Of a stretch of 64,000 nucleotides of DNA, positions 12,116-23,808 are shown piece after piece. This DNA comes from Blastocystis sp. subtype 4. Lineage: Eukaryota. The first letter of the stretch is position 1; every line of letters starts with the position of its first letter. The position numbers were made by a program, and so were the translations under genes. A model generated the notes under the pieces. The model was not told the DNA's origin. It worked only from the letters and a program-made list of their open reading frames with translations, and searched no databases. The stretch lies in the NCBI RefSeq assembly GCF_000743755.1, contig NW_014569524.1, positions 1 through 64,000 of the forward strand, read 5' to 3'.

Positions 12116-13187
12116 CTAATCCCCAAGATCATACCATTGATTAATATATGGACAATGCTTTGGATTTACTTCAGCATTGCAGAAACAACGATAAAAGAGT
12201 TCACATGATCCACAAGGAGTAGAAGATATGTTGTCGTACGATGTTGTAGGTTCCCGAAGCTTCCAAATCTGATTTCCTTTCATCTATTCATTACTATGAT
12301 TTCTCAATCATACATCTGAAACCTCTTCAATGAGATTACAGTAACTCATTTTGTCAAGTAATTGTTTCACATCTTTCTCTTCCAAAGGTGAGGTTAAGGA
12401 ACCAATCACATCTCATTATTGGATATAAATGTTAAATATGTTACTAGCTGCAATTTTTTGATGAATCTCTTTAATATCTAAACCGTATGGCTACTTGTTT
12501 ATGGCCAGTACAAGACATACCTCTTCTGCTAAAACTTTTCCCACAAACTGAGAGACAGCATCTACAAACCCAACATCAAATTCCTGCTCTGAATACCAAG
12601 GTCCCCCAGTAATGTCCTTTGGGAGTTCTATGCACTTAAGCGATGTACCAACAATTACCCATATCGTAAAGAATGTACATAATCTTCATTTTGCTAGCAA
12701 TCGATTTGAAACTTTTGATCAACTTACGCTGAACCAATTTCTTGATGATCCGATTAATGGCTTGCTACAGTAATAAGATTATACACAGCTATACGGAGTG
12801 TAACCCAGTCCGAGCCTTGATCTCGCGAATCCATATTCCTTGATTTCCAGTCCGCTCAATACATTGATAGACAAGCATTTCTGCATCTCCGAGGTCATTG
12901 AATTGAGACTTCTTGTCGGCTTGATCAAGAGAGACGAGCTGATATACATACCCACTGGGTCCTTGGAACATCTTTAATCGGTTCTACAAAATAGTAAGAG
13001 GTGGAGGGTATTTGAAGGTCCCTACCTCATTCAGGAGGTCTTGAATCACTTGTACCAAATCACAGTATTCTTTGCCAAATATCCTCTTCATTTCAGAATC
13101 TTCCAGTCCCTAGAAGTGAATCACCGGCTCCAGCTCTACATCTTCACTCTTCTCCAACTCCGCCACGAACCGATTCTTCAATGACAT
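12116..13187 (-). CDS. POLR3F: RNA polymerase III subunit RPC34/RPC6, multi-exon, with a U12 intron
   Basis: EMLVYQCIERTGNQGIWIREIKARTGLH, ITGGPWYSEQEFDVGFV, C-terminal TPCGSCELFYRC...VNPKHCPYINQW Cys cluster. Confidence 0.92.
12388..12426 (-). other. U12-type AT-AC intron (39 nt) in RPC34
   Basis: 5' ATATCCAA, branch point TTCCTTAAC, 3' CTCAC. Removal deletes in-frame stops and gives SNIFNISLEEKDV. Confidence 0.8.
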
Positions 13188-13280
13188 GTCACTCGAGTCC
13201 TTGGCTGTTAATATGCGATTAACCAGAATGCCGTTTTGATCTTTGAAGATTACCATCTCCAATTTCTCGCTCAATATAAC

Positions 13281-13808
13281 ATGGAATCGAAAAATATCAT
13301 GCTTCCGCCTTCATTGCGGTCTGAAGATATTAACGAGATTAAGAATTCCTTCATTGTATTTGCAGGGTCGGAAGATGGTATCCATGTAGCCAAGTACTAT
13401 TACAAGTAGCAAAACTCTCTGTAGCTGAGTTCCAAAAGACAGTGGATAGTATGGAAGAGAAGGATAAGAGTCTGCTCATCCTACAGCTCCTTGATGACAT
13501 GTTAGCACTAAACGTCGATGAAATTGATCTTGAAACATTCCAAAGACTTATCACAGCAGAATCTGTTGAACTAGTTCGTAATGGTGATGTCGTAGAACAA
13601 GTGTGATGCTGCCTCTCTTTTTAAATTGTTTGATGTTGCTGCAACTGGTAGTGTTCGTGTATCGGATTTGAAGAAGATTGCTCGCGAATTGGGAATTGAT
13701 ATTAAGGAGGAGGAGCTAGAAGAAATGATTAGACGAGCTGATACCGATAATGATGGCGAAGTCAATGAAAAGGAATTCACTGACTTTATGATGAAAGCTG
13801 TACAGTGA
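13281..13808 (+). CDS. Centrin/calmodulin-like EF-hand protein
   Basis: LFDVAATGSVRVSDLKKIARELG...ELEEMIRRADTDNDGEVNEKEF matches a centrin C-lobe; the N-lobe is degenerate. Confidence 0.8.
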
Positions 13809-13833
13809 TTATGTTTCTTTTCAAACAGAAATG

Positions 13834-14903
13834 TTACAGGATCTTCATAAAAGTAGGAGCATAGGATTTCTCCTGGTTTTGATATGGTAAAGGTTGTCCC
13901 TGAGAGGTTTGTGTAGGTTGATAGTAAACTTGTTGTTCGGTATAAGGTGCATATGTGGCTTGTGGAATGTTTTGAGGATACGACTGTACATAGGTACCTT
14001 GAGGAATGTTCTGTTGAGAATAAGGAGAAGGTTGTTGCACCGGGTACACTGGTTGCACCTGAGGAATCATTGGAGTTACTTGAGGTTGCACCATGGTCAC
14101 CTGAGGCTGTACTGGCTGCATTGGAGTCACTTGGGGAGTCACTGGTTGCACCGGAGTCACTTGCTGTGCATTAGAATACACAGGCTGAACATAAATAGGA
14201 GTAGGATAGTTCTGAGGAATATACTAGAAATCACAACTCCAATCATCAACAACAGTGGTCGGTTGAACGGGCTGAGATGTATAGATATATGTAGGATCAG
14301 AAGGATCAACAAAAGCAGTTCTCACCCAATTACCTGAAGCAACTTCCATAGCCGGAGTAGGAACAGCAGTAGCAACTACCAATTAAACGATAGACATACA
14401 ACAACCAGGAAGATTACGGACATCATTCACTGTGGACATCAACTTCCAAAAGATACGTAAAAATGTCTGAGCACCACCATTTCGGAACTCAAGAACCACA
14501 GAAAACTGATAGGATTCACCCCAACCAGTTTGAGGCACCACATTGAAAGAAAGGTTGTTACTACCAAAGATCGGTTGATTAAACTTCTCATTTCGAATTG
14601 ACATCAGAGGCACATCCTAAGGATGAACGAGGCCCATAAACCGTACAAGTCCCGTAAAGCTCTCTGTTTGCTTATCTGCAATAAAGATTAACCGTACTGT
14701 AGAAAGGTACAAAATACCATCTGACTTGACATTGAAACTACGTCACAAGCATAATCAAATGTTACTTTCCAATTTTGGATATTAAACGCATACGATTTCT
14801 TCGAAGTAATAGCTTTTCACCAACGAAAAGGATAGGTACACCATCTTTGTCTAATACCCATTATTTGTTACCTACCTTGTCCAATACCTGGATTCACTGA
14901 CAT
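13834..14903 (-). CDS. WBP2-like GRAM-domain protein with Pro/Gln/Tyr-rich tail
   Basis: GILYLSTVRLIFIA...VPLMSIRNEKFNQPIFGSNNL...LEFRNGGAQTF; C-terminal QVTPVQP repeats. Confidence 0.82.
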
Positions 14904-15668
14904 GATAAGGTTCTATTGAACAAAAGAGAAGCTGACTTCCGAAAGATAATAGATTCGGTTTGGAAGAAACATCCTCATTTTATGGATTATCATAGGAAAC
15001 GTTTATTACTGAGTAGAATAGTTTTAACAGCCTTATCATGATATCCTAAGATAATCAAACCAATTTGGCAATAACAGAAGTACTATATGTACTTATACTA
15101 GAAAACTCTATGGACAGGATATTGAGTTATGCTCAAATCAATAGAAGTAAGAATAATAACAACAATGAACCGAAGTTTCTGTCATAACTGTTCATAAGTA
15201 AACAATTCAGTCAATCCTTCACCAAGATTCATTTTATCCATTATCTCAACAAATATAGTGTTATGTTGTTCATTCTTGATATGATCCAGATTCTTATGAG
15301 TAACCCACTGTTTCCATTGAAATTAAATTCTATGAACGAGATCATAGTTGAACTCAAAGTCCCGATTAGTATGATTGGCTGTAGAGTAGTACTGTTGTAC
15401 TTTCTTGTCGCTGCTTTGTATCTCAATATGTCAATTTATGATAGGGGCATTCATATCAGTACAAGTGAATGAAAGTAAGAAGATACCATATCATATTGGC
15501 ATTTACAAGACATGATAGTAACATAAAAGTGATAGCACGGTCATTCAATGTCACACTTTCCAGTATCAATAGGAGTTAGATTATTGACGGTCTTGCTTTT
15601 ACTTATCCAATCAGCATCAAGCCTAATTATCCTAGAATTCCCGTGATATATCAGTTGGAAGCCTTTCT

Positions 15669-16742
15669 ATGTACAGATTTCAAAGTCATTTTCGTTGCTC
15701 ACAGGAAGCTGCTACAAAAGATATGTGGTATGAGGTGAAAGGCTACACAGCTTTATCAGAACGGAGGTTCAATTATCACAGTTTTGGTGTTTTTTGTTCA
15801 CTTCTTGTTGTAGTTGGTGTAAGTACCATTTTGGGGTTGCTGATAATAGATTTTGAACGTGTTTAGCCCGAGTGATGGTATTCATGGTAATATGTTCAGT
15901 GCACTGTACTATAAGTTTGCAAATGTGGAAAATAACACACAGAATAAACGTAAATCTTCTACGGTCTGAATTACTCGTAGTAGCTATTCCGTTCACGATG
16001 GAAGTTGAATTAGTGGAGCCAGTAGGAACCTATGGAGTACTTCTCAACGTTACATTGTCTGATACAGGGGGCATCACTTGTGTTGTGGCTCCGTCGAATT
16101 TCACTGGGCAGAATATTACTGACTTGGGATTCTATGGAAATACTGCCTACTACCGTGCAAATGTCCCTTCGGTGGATCTTTTCCTTGTTACGTTTCTACC
16201 TAACATCGAACAGCGATTATTCTGCCAGGGATATTCTATCAGTAATGGTCCTAAAAGTGAGGCTACGTATGTGTCAGACCCATTTTATGTATCTTGTATG
16301 CTCGTTTGTGTGTTGTAATATAGATATGTCCTGGAATATCGAGATTATTAGGCGGAACTTCTATTCAACGACACTTGAGATTTTAAATGGAAATGTAACA
16401 TTAGTAAAAGATCCTGTCATTTATCCTGATGTCAATATGACGGTTTTGTGTCATCTTGAACCGGTGGTGAAAGAAAAGGGGTATCTCCGAAGAACTGATG
16501 AGGTGTTTGATACGACACTAAGTGGATTCTTCCCATTGAACTTTACATATGATGTATGTGTGATCATATATTATGAATGGTAGAACAGGTATCGTTTTCG
16601 AGATGTGCGTGTTGATTGTTCCCGTTCAAACTGGGATTCTGTGAAGAAGGAGTTTGTAGTCCCGGAAGACCATCAAAAGTCCATTATTATACCCGGGTTG
16701 ACGATTCTTGATGTGTTTAGATTGGATACTTATTCTCATTAG
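15669..16742 (+). CDS. Hypothetical type II membrane glycoprotein, multi-exon
   Basis: Single N-proximal hydrophobic helix (FGVFCSLLVVVGVSTILGLLII) and several N-x-T sequons. Exons join through ~30 nt introns; TAG at 16740-16742, TGTTTCTT at 16751. Confidence 0.6.
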
Positions 16743-16763
16743 TTATTTCATGTTTCTTCATAC

Positions 16764-17835
16764 ATGTCACACACTCTTTTGCAGTTCTTCTCAATCGATT
16801 ATTGGTATCCAATATTCAAAGAGAACACTGTGAAAACGAGGTTTATTCGAGTTCAACAGGAATTCGTAGACTACATTCTCAGTGGTAAGAATAAATCGAA
16901 GAAAATGAGCTCAAGATGGTGTTGTATTGCCTACAAATACCGACATATCCTATGATGATCCAAGAAAGTGTCGTCCTATAGAATTGTCGTCAGACAGTGA
17001 TGAAGCTGAAATAGAAGTAATTGTGTGTAGTTTCTTCAAACGTAGGAAGAAGAAGTACCAATTACATTCTTGGATCTAGAAAATGAAATTCAGGAAGTGA
17101 TCGATGAATTTGGAGGAGATTGTTTTGTTCGGACAAACTGGAGTTCTGCAAAAGTAAGGATGTACCGTATTATGGAGGAATAGGATGCATTTTGGATTAC
17201 TGGATCCTTGAAGTGCACGACTCCAGGCCATGTGTTCCTTCTTTTGAAGTCATCAGATCGAATCAGTAGTGATTATCAGCTCATGTGGGTATGGCTTGTT
17301 TCAGATCAGTTGTAGAAAGCAGAGTCCATTCTATGAGCCTCTTATTGTCTTGCAACGCTGGTGCAATTACTATCCTTCCATGGAATTCTGTCTTTATATT
17401 GGAGGTGGTAAGCTCAGAGCCATCTCCCAAAGAGATACAAGTGTATTTTATCCTTTCCTAGTTGAAAAGAGGGATGAATTAGCATCACTCCTTAAAGCGT
17501 TTGTTAATGAAATAGTGCTTCCATATTTCTCTGTTGACCAATGTACACTTGTTAGAATGATATGAACGTAGTTGAGATGGATGTATACATCGACAAGAAA
17601 CAAAAGGTATGGGTGGTCAATATCAATGCTCTCGATGATGGAATGAATCCTGGTCTCTTTACATGTGAGGAAATCCCAAGTTTGATGAAGAGTGACTCTC
17701 TTCCTTTTCGTGTAGTGGAAGAAGAAGGAGGTACCCTTCCCTCAGAACAAATGGTCTATCAACTCCCTGTTGATATGCATCAACTCTCTACTGATAATGA
17801 CATTCAGAATTATATAAGTAAACTCACTACAAAAT
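16764..17835 (+). CDS. CDC123: Cdc123/D123 ATP-grasp eIF2 assembly factor; stop probably completed by poly(A)
   Basis: FSIDYWYPIFKENTVKT, FVRTNWSSAKDAFWI, VFLLLKSSDRI, LRAISQRD, MDVYIDK. Confidence 0.9.
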
Positions 17836-17877
17836 CATATGTTTGTGTAACAAGAAATGGAAACGAAACCCATGTTA

Positions 17878-18940
17878 CTAATTACGATAAGTAATCATTG
17901 AATTCATCTTCTCCGCAAGCTCCACTTCACGTCTAGCGAGATTACTCAAATGCGACACAAGAGCAAAGTCTCGCATCTTAGCAAGGAACATCTGTTTAAA
18001 TTCCTCTTCGGAAAGGAGAGGAACACTCATAATCGCATTAAACACTTTACGACTCTCTTCTGCCGAAGGAGTGATCTCACCTGAAATCACCTTCGTAATA
18101 TACTCTTCAGTCTCATTCAGAATCTCCATCAAATCAAGCATTGAACCCTTCAGACTCTCCATATCGTTGTAAATCTCTGCAGAACTATTCGGAAGGACAT
18201 TCTACGTTAAAATCATTCCATTATACACACCTCTTCAGCTCCCAGGAGTGATTGGAGGACCTCATTCTCTGTATGTGATGCTGAAACCTCCACCGGAACT
18301 TTGGTCAACTTGATAGCCAATACTCTACACTTGATAGTTCCAATCAACTCAAACTCGCTACTAAGAGAGACAGAAGTGACAGAATAGGATTCAACTACAA
18401 TGCGATCTCCATTGAAGTTGGTATCAAGGGTTAAGAAGATCTATGGCTCAAGACACGAATTCTAAAATACAGGCTTAAACGTCTGACATATTGTTCGGTA
18501 GTAGTTGTTCATTGTAAACCACCTTTCCTCAGCAACAACGGGAGACTTGACAGTAGCAAACCTACTCAATAATACAAACTGATTGGGACTACCATCCAAG
18601 GACGACATCTGACTTATTTGCAGTTGAATACAAAAGAGACAGAGTTTCATTGAACTTGATTCCATCCGCAGCCTATACAATTATTCCACAATTCCAACCA
18701 TACAAGTCCTTTCTCATCAAATGTGTAAGCAACGGCGAAACAGGTGGTGATCTCGAGAACTCCGTTATTGATCGTCCCCATAATTGTTCCTATTACTTAG
18801 ATGATCGGAAGGTGTTTCATACCCAAAACCTCTTCACTGTCCTTCGGTCTACGCTTGTAATGGTCGAGAATCGTAAAGGGAACCACAGGATGAACTCGGA
18901 CCGATTTGAACGGGGTGTTGATCAGAAATGTGTCTTCCAT
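17878..18940 (-). CDS. EIF3F: Translation initiation factor 3 subunit F (MPN domain), multi-exon
   Basis: VRVHPVVPFTILDHYKRR...GTIMG...LEITTCFAV; C-terminal FLAKMRDFALVSHLSNLARREVELAEKM. Confidence 0.85.
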
Positions 18941-19083
18941 TTATCGTTAGGACTCTTTTCTACGACTATTTGCTATCAACAAAAATAGTATTTGGTTTCG
19001 CTATTCGACAAATCAAGACGTATTTTGGAATCCATTCACGATCTTCTATCTCTTCAATTACTTGATCTTTATATGGAACACAG

Positions 19084-20657
19084 ATGGATTCCACATCTAC
19101 AATATGGAGTGATTTTCTAACTGCTGCAACAAAAGATGAAATGAAGAAAGAGACAAATCTCGTTGTTCTTGGTAATTATTATTGTAATGTGGTTGAAGTG
19201 TCTAGGGAACTCCAAATCTAGCTGTGTTGGAATTGTGGATGGAATCATGGAGACTCTAGGGCAAGCTCCATTGAAGAAACGGGACATAGACATTATAAAC
19301 TATTCATACGTCACAGTAGGGTATTCAAATCGAAGGACAGCGAAGGGAGGTCATGTTATTTTGCTTTCTTGATTATAGACTATTCTGGGGTGATCCATAT
19401 TTTCATTCTTACGAACGACACATATTGGGATACGTTAGAGTCATTGGTAACAAAGGAAGCTTTTGGAGATGTGGATCTGATGGACCCTATTTATCTATAG
19501 ACTTTTTTTCTTGTTGCCATTGATTTTCGTGACACCGCTTCTATCATGGATGAGTTGACTCATGTAAGAGTGATTTACATTTGTAATTGACTAGTGGTAT
19601 TCTTTGATTACAGAGTTCTTCAATTCATTGGATCCCAAGATGATCGACACTCTCCAACTGAATTGGCAAAAGCAAGTGTTAGATCTCGCTCATGTAGACT
19701 TGAGATTTCTTATTTATGAAAAGGAAACTCCCAAAGAGGCCTCTACAGATGTCCAGAAAGAGAATACTATTCTACCTCGTGGTCTTCTAGAAATCAACTT
19801 GGGTGTACCAACGATGATTGTCTGTTGTAATACAGAAGTGATGGTACTACAAGATTTGAACTATTATTCTAGTCGCAAGATAAAGCCTTCACAGGATCTC
19901 TAGTGGATTTTATTCAAAAGTGTATTCGTCTTCAGTGTCTGAAATGTGATAACTCAGTTGTCTCTCAATCATAGATGGTTCGTCTCTTGCTTATGTTAAT
20001 GGATTGAAACGAACCAATCAGTCGATTCTAACGAATCATATTCTATCTCTTCTCTTTCCTACTAGTTTTAATTCACCACCTCCTAATGTTATTTCTCTTT
20101 CTGTTGTTTAGTATAGTTTTTATCGAAAGACGAAGTATTTATTCCCGTGGGTTCTGACAACAGTTATCTTGTGGCAGATCTTGTAGCAGGCACTGTTAGT
20201 GTTATCGCATTTTTTGACTCATAGAAATTAGAATCTGTAACAGATTTCAATTCCGTTATAAAACGACCTCAACAACAAATGAAGGTAAATGAAAGATCAA
20301 CCTTTGATGTAGAAACAACCTATACAGCACATCCCTATTGTATCTGAGGAAGCTTTCTTTGCGGGACTGGTTGAAGAAGAGCCAAAGAAGCCACGGAGGA
20401 GTATTGCGATTCCTCGGGATACAGTCACAAAACAGCGATTGAATATGCAGTCTTCATCTCCAGTAGCTACACCTTCTCGAACTCCTGTATCTAGTGAAAT
20501 GAGCACACGTAGTTTCTTTGAGAACCTTCTTAATGAAGGAGGATCCGTTAGAATATGCTAAGATTGTTATGCCTAGATGCAAACTCCAATTCCGCGAAAG
20601 AGTGTAAATGTTCGAAACTTACGACGGTCTGAAATAGGCATGAAAAAGCAAGGATAA
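19084..20657 (+). CDS. Cytoplasmic dynein light intermediate chain-like protein, multi-exon
   Basis: IWSDFL...NLVVLG, INYSYV, LEINLGVPTMIVCC, DFIQKCIRLQCLKYGSSLAY, EVFIPVGSD, and C-terminal SFFENLLN. Confidence 0.8.
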
Positions 20658-20894
20658 TGTTGTTTGTTATCATACGGGGACTGAGACGAATACTCTACGT
20701 AATAATGCTACTATTCGATTGTTTTCAAGGATTATTATAAAGATATGAGAAAAAAAGAATACGGATCAGAATTCTGTTATATGGGTACATCAGAATACCA
20801 GCCTTTTTGTCAATTCTGCCCCTATTTATAGTATGGCTGAAACTCCCTGTGGAGTGGAATGCATAATACCATCTTATTTCTGTAGAGAACCAGA

Positions 20895-21369
20895 ATGCCT
20901 TTCAAGAGAAGGTAGGGACTAGCAATTGAACAACTTTGAAAGCACTTGAATGGTGATTGACTGTTTTTAGAAACCACGGACGTTCCAAGAAGGGAAGAGG
21001 TCATGTGAACCCTGTTCGTTGCACTCATTGTTTCCGTTGCGTCGGAAAGGTAAAAGCAACTACTATTCTTCATTTCCTAGGATAAGGCCATCAAGCGTTT
21101 CCAAGTGAGAAACATGGTTGATGCCTCCTCTCAGAGAGATATTCGTGATGCTTCGGTTTATGAGCGTAGAGATTAACAGAGGGTATCATAGATAGAGTAT
21201 ACGCTTCCTAAGCTCTACATCAAGCAGCAGTACTGCGTATCTTGTGCTGTCCATGGACGTGTTGTCCGTGCTCGTAAGGTTGCGGATAGACGCATTCGTG
21301 AGTTTGTCCGTCCTCAGTTCAAGGGAGTAGATTTTATAGTATTGGATTGATTCATAGGAGCGTAACTAA
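20895..21369 (+). CDS. RPS26: 40S ribosomal protein S26, multi-exon
   Basis: [46 protein letters not shown]...[22 protein letters not shown]; absent from the ORF track. Confidence 0.96.
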
Positions 21370-21429
21370 AAAGATATCTCTGGTACTTGGGAATACTATG
21401 GTCAGTAATATTTTTGTTACAAACAAAGG

Positions 21430-22243
21430 ATGAGTGAATAAACCGGAAGACGGAGTAGGTTACAAAAACAGAAAGAACAGTTCCTCCCAATAAGAGGAGA
21501 AACGAGAGACTATCAGGAGTTGCAATTGTTGAATTATAGTCAACATGAGCACCTTTGGAAGAGTAGAAGTAAAGAAATGAATCCATCCACTTGTCCTCGA
21601 TACAGTAGAAATCTATCAACAATAATCATCCATACATGTACCTGGACATCGCTGGACCTTTAAAAAACCATTCACTTCGTAGAAATGAATACTCTCTGAA
21701 TTCGTAGTCAATACATGTAAATAGACCTACAAACAATCCAATGTAGCAAGAACTACTCCAGCGCATAAATCATCCTGATCACAAAGCTCAAAACATTTTC
21801 GAAGAAGCATTGTTCCGATTCCTCGTTTTCTATACTCTTCACTAACAGCAATATTCAGAATGTAGAGGACATGAGAGTATAGAAAGTGCTCAATGACAAC
21901 AGGACCAGTTGAATCACTTCCATCTGTCGACCGTTCTTGACACACAATACAGCCAATCAGTTCAGGAGTATCCTAGATCAGAGACATCTCCTTGTACTAC
22001 ATCTGAGAGGGTTTCGACCACATATGTGATCAATTTATTCCCTTTAAAGAATTGAACACGCAAAGAATCATAAAAGGAGTCACCATAGTGGAGAGGAAAC
22101 GACGCATCAAACAAACTATGAATAGCATCAATATCGCTTTCTCGAAATAATCTCATGTGAAAACTCTGTGATTGATAGAGCCTTGGAAGAGATCGTACTC
22201 CAGGCATATACAACTTCAGACTACTCCGATTGGATAGTTGCAT
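21430..22243 (-). CDS. GNAT N-acetyltransferase, NAA60/NAT15-like; stop probably completed by poly(A)
   Basis: LFDASFPLHYGDSFY, YILNIAVSEEYRKRGIG, YLHVLTTNSESIHFYE, DSFLYFY, and a C-terminal hydrophobic helix. Confidence 0.78.
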
Positions 22244-22310
22244 TCAATCAAAGACAATAAACGAGTGTCAATGTCCTGACAAATCAAATTCTAACACTAT
22301 ATATTTACGA

Positions 22311-23402
22311 ATGATTCTTCTTCTAATACTCCTGTTCGCAACGGTGAATGCTTCCGATTGGGCAGTCATTGTTGCGGGATCAAGTGGGTACTGGAATTAT
22401 CGCCATCAAGCGGCTGCTGCTTCTGCTTATCATTATTACTTGAATCGCGGCATTCCAAAACAGCAGATTATCACCTTTATGAGTGAAACTGTTGCTACTG
22501 ATGAACTGAATCCGTTTTATAATCAGCTATATTCGACTCCTGGGAATAATACGAATGACAAAATGAATGGAATTGAAATTGAGTATGGAAGTGCTGAAAT
22601 CACTTCTACTAAGGTTTTGAATGTATTGTCGGGGAACTCGTTTTCCCCAAAACGAGTACTGCGTTCATCAGCAATCGATAACGTGTATGTGTCATTCTTC
22701 ACATATGGATCACCTGGAGTCCTCATGCTTCCTAATGAAGCGTTATTTGGTTCTGATTTGATGAAAGTAATCAAATTGATGAACCAGAAACGACTCTATA
22801 AGGAATTGGTATTGTATATCGACAGTGATGGTACAGACTATCTGTTTCCTGAATTTGACCTTGATTCATATCATGTTAGACTTGTATCTCCATTCACGGA
22901 GAAACTCACAAATCGAAATCTCTTTTGTCCTCCTAATGACTATGTTGGTGAAAAGAGTATTGGGAGTTGTCTGAACACAGAGTTTTCATATCGTCTCTAT
23001 GATGGAGGTAATTCTGTGTTCCATCATTTCCAATCGAAAGAAGATCCGTTTTCAAATGATATTGTTGTAGGACAATTCAATTTGGAATCAGATGATCATG
23101 AATGGAGTGTGTATGATACAAAGTGGGAGTACTATGTTCAGAGACGTGCTAGGAATCCGAAGGATGCATTCTTGATCATAGATATAGAGGAAGAGGAGAA
23201 TACACGAAGTCAGATCGATCGATACATGCGATCTGTTTTATCAGTTAAAAAGGCTAAGCAGAATATTGTGAAGATTTCCGAATGGGATTGTTATAAACGG
23301 GGTGTCAAACAAATAGAAAAGTTCTTCCTATGGAATGAGTATACATTCCGCTACTTTATGGTGATTGCCAGTATCTGTGAACAGGACAGGCAGTCGTTCT
23401 AG
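22311..23402 (+). CDS. Legumain (peptidase C13) homologue lacking the catalytic His/Cys; intronless, signal peptide
   Basis: WAVIVAGSSGYWNYRHQA, FCPPNDYV...SCL and prodomain WDCYK...IASIC are present. The catalytic segments read FFTYGSPG and YIDSDG instead of DHG and EACESG. Confidence 0.85.
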   Translation: MILLLILLFATVNASDWAVIVAGSSGYWNYRHQAAAASAYHYYLNRGIPKQQIITFMSETVATDELNPFYNQLYSTPGNNTNDKMNGIEIEYGSAEITSTKVLNVLSGNSFSPKRVLRSSAIDNVYVSFFTYGSPGVLMLPNEALFGSDLMKVIKLMNQKRLYKELVLYIDSDGTDYLFPEFDLDSYHVRLVSPFTEKLTNRNLFCPPNDYVGEKSIGSCLNTEFSYRLYDGGNSVFHHFQSKEDPFSNDIVVGQFNLESDDHEWSVYDTKWEYYVQRRARNPKDAFLIIDIEEEENTRSQIDRYMRSVLSVKKAKQNIVKISEWDCYKRGVKQIEKFFLWNEYTFRYFMVIASICEQDRQSF

Positions 23403-23443
23403 TCATTCTTAGTATCAATTTTGTTTGTCAACAGACACAAAGT

Positions 23444-23685
23444 TTAATGAGCTCTTACTCCTCTATTTTGTTCTTCAAAAAGTGTACGGTAGTGTTCAAA
23501 TACCTACTACTCAAACAACAGAACTAATATGCACTTTCGTGTAATGTTCAATGACAAATTGACGATGCTTTGTTCCACGAATATGCTCCTTTCTACTTCG
23601 ACTCTATCCATACAATCAACTATACACGACCTACGGAGTCATTTTTGATATAGGATTTGCAGTAATCACAGTAATAGCGAGCCAT
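23444..23685 (-). CDS. U1 snRNP protein C-like matrin-type zinc finger protein (3 exons, ~59 aa)
   Basis: MARYYCDYCKSYIKNDS-SRSRKEHIRGTKHRQFVIEHYTK-VFEHYRTLFEEQNRGVRAH*, joined by two ~30 nt GT-AG introns; absent from the ORF track. Confidence 0.85.
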
Positions 23686-23808
23686 ATCAATAATGTCAGA
23701 TACAATCGAATTATCACTCTTTTCAAGAGTGATGCGAAAGTACTATAAAACCGTGGGGAAGGTGGTTCATTTTGTAATCTGTTATCTAGCTATCTACGAC
23801 CAAAAAGA

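Noticed and set aside
20912..20970. Longer introns in RPS26 and RPL39 as snoRNA hosts
   Set aside because: Only about 45-60 nt, with no convincing C/D or H/ACA boxes.
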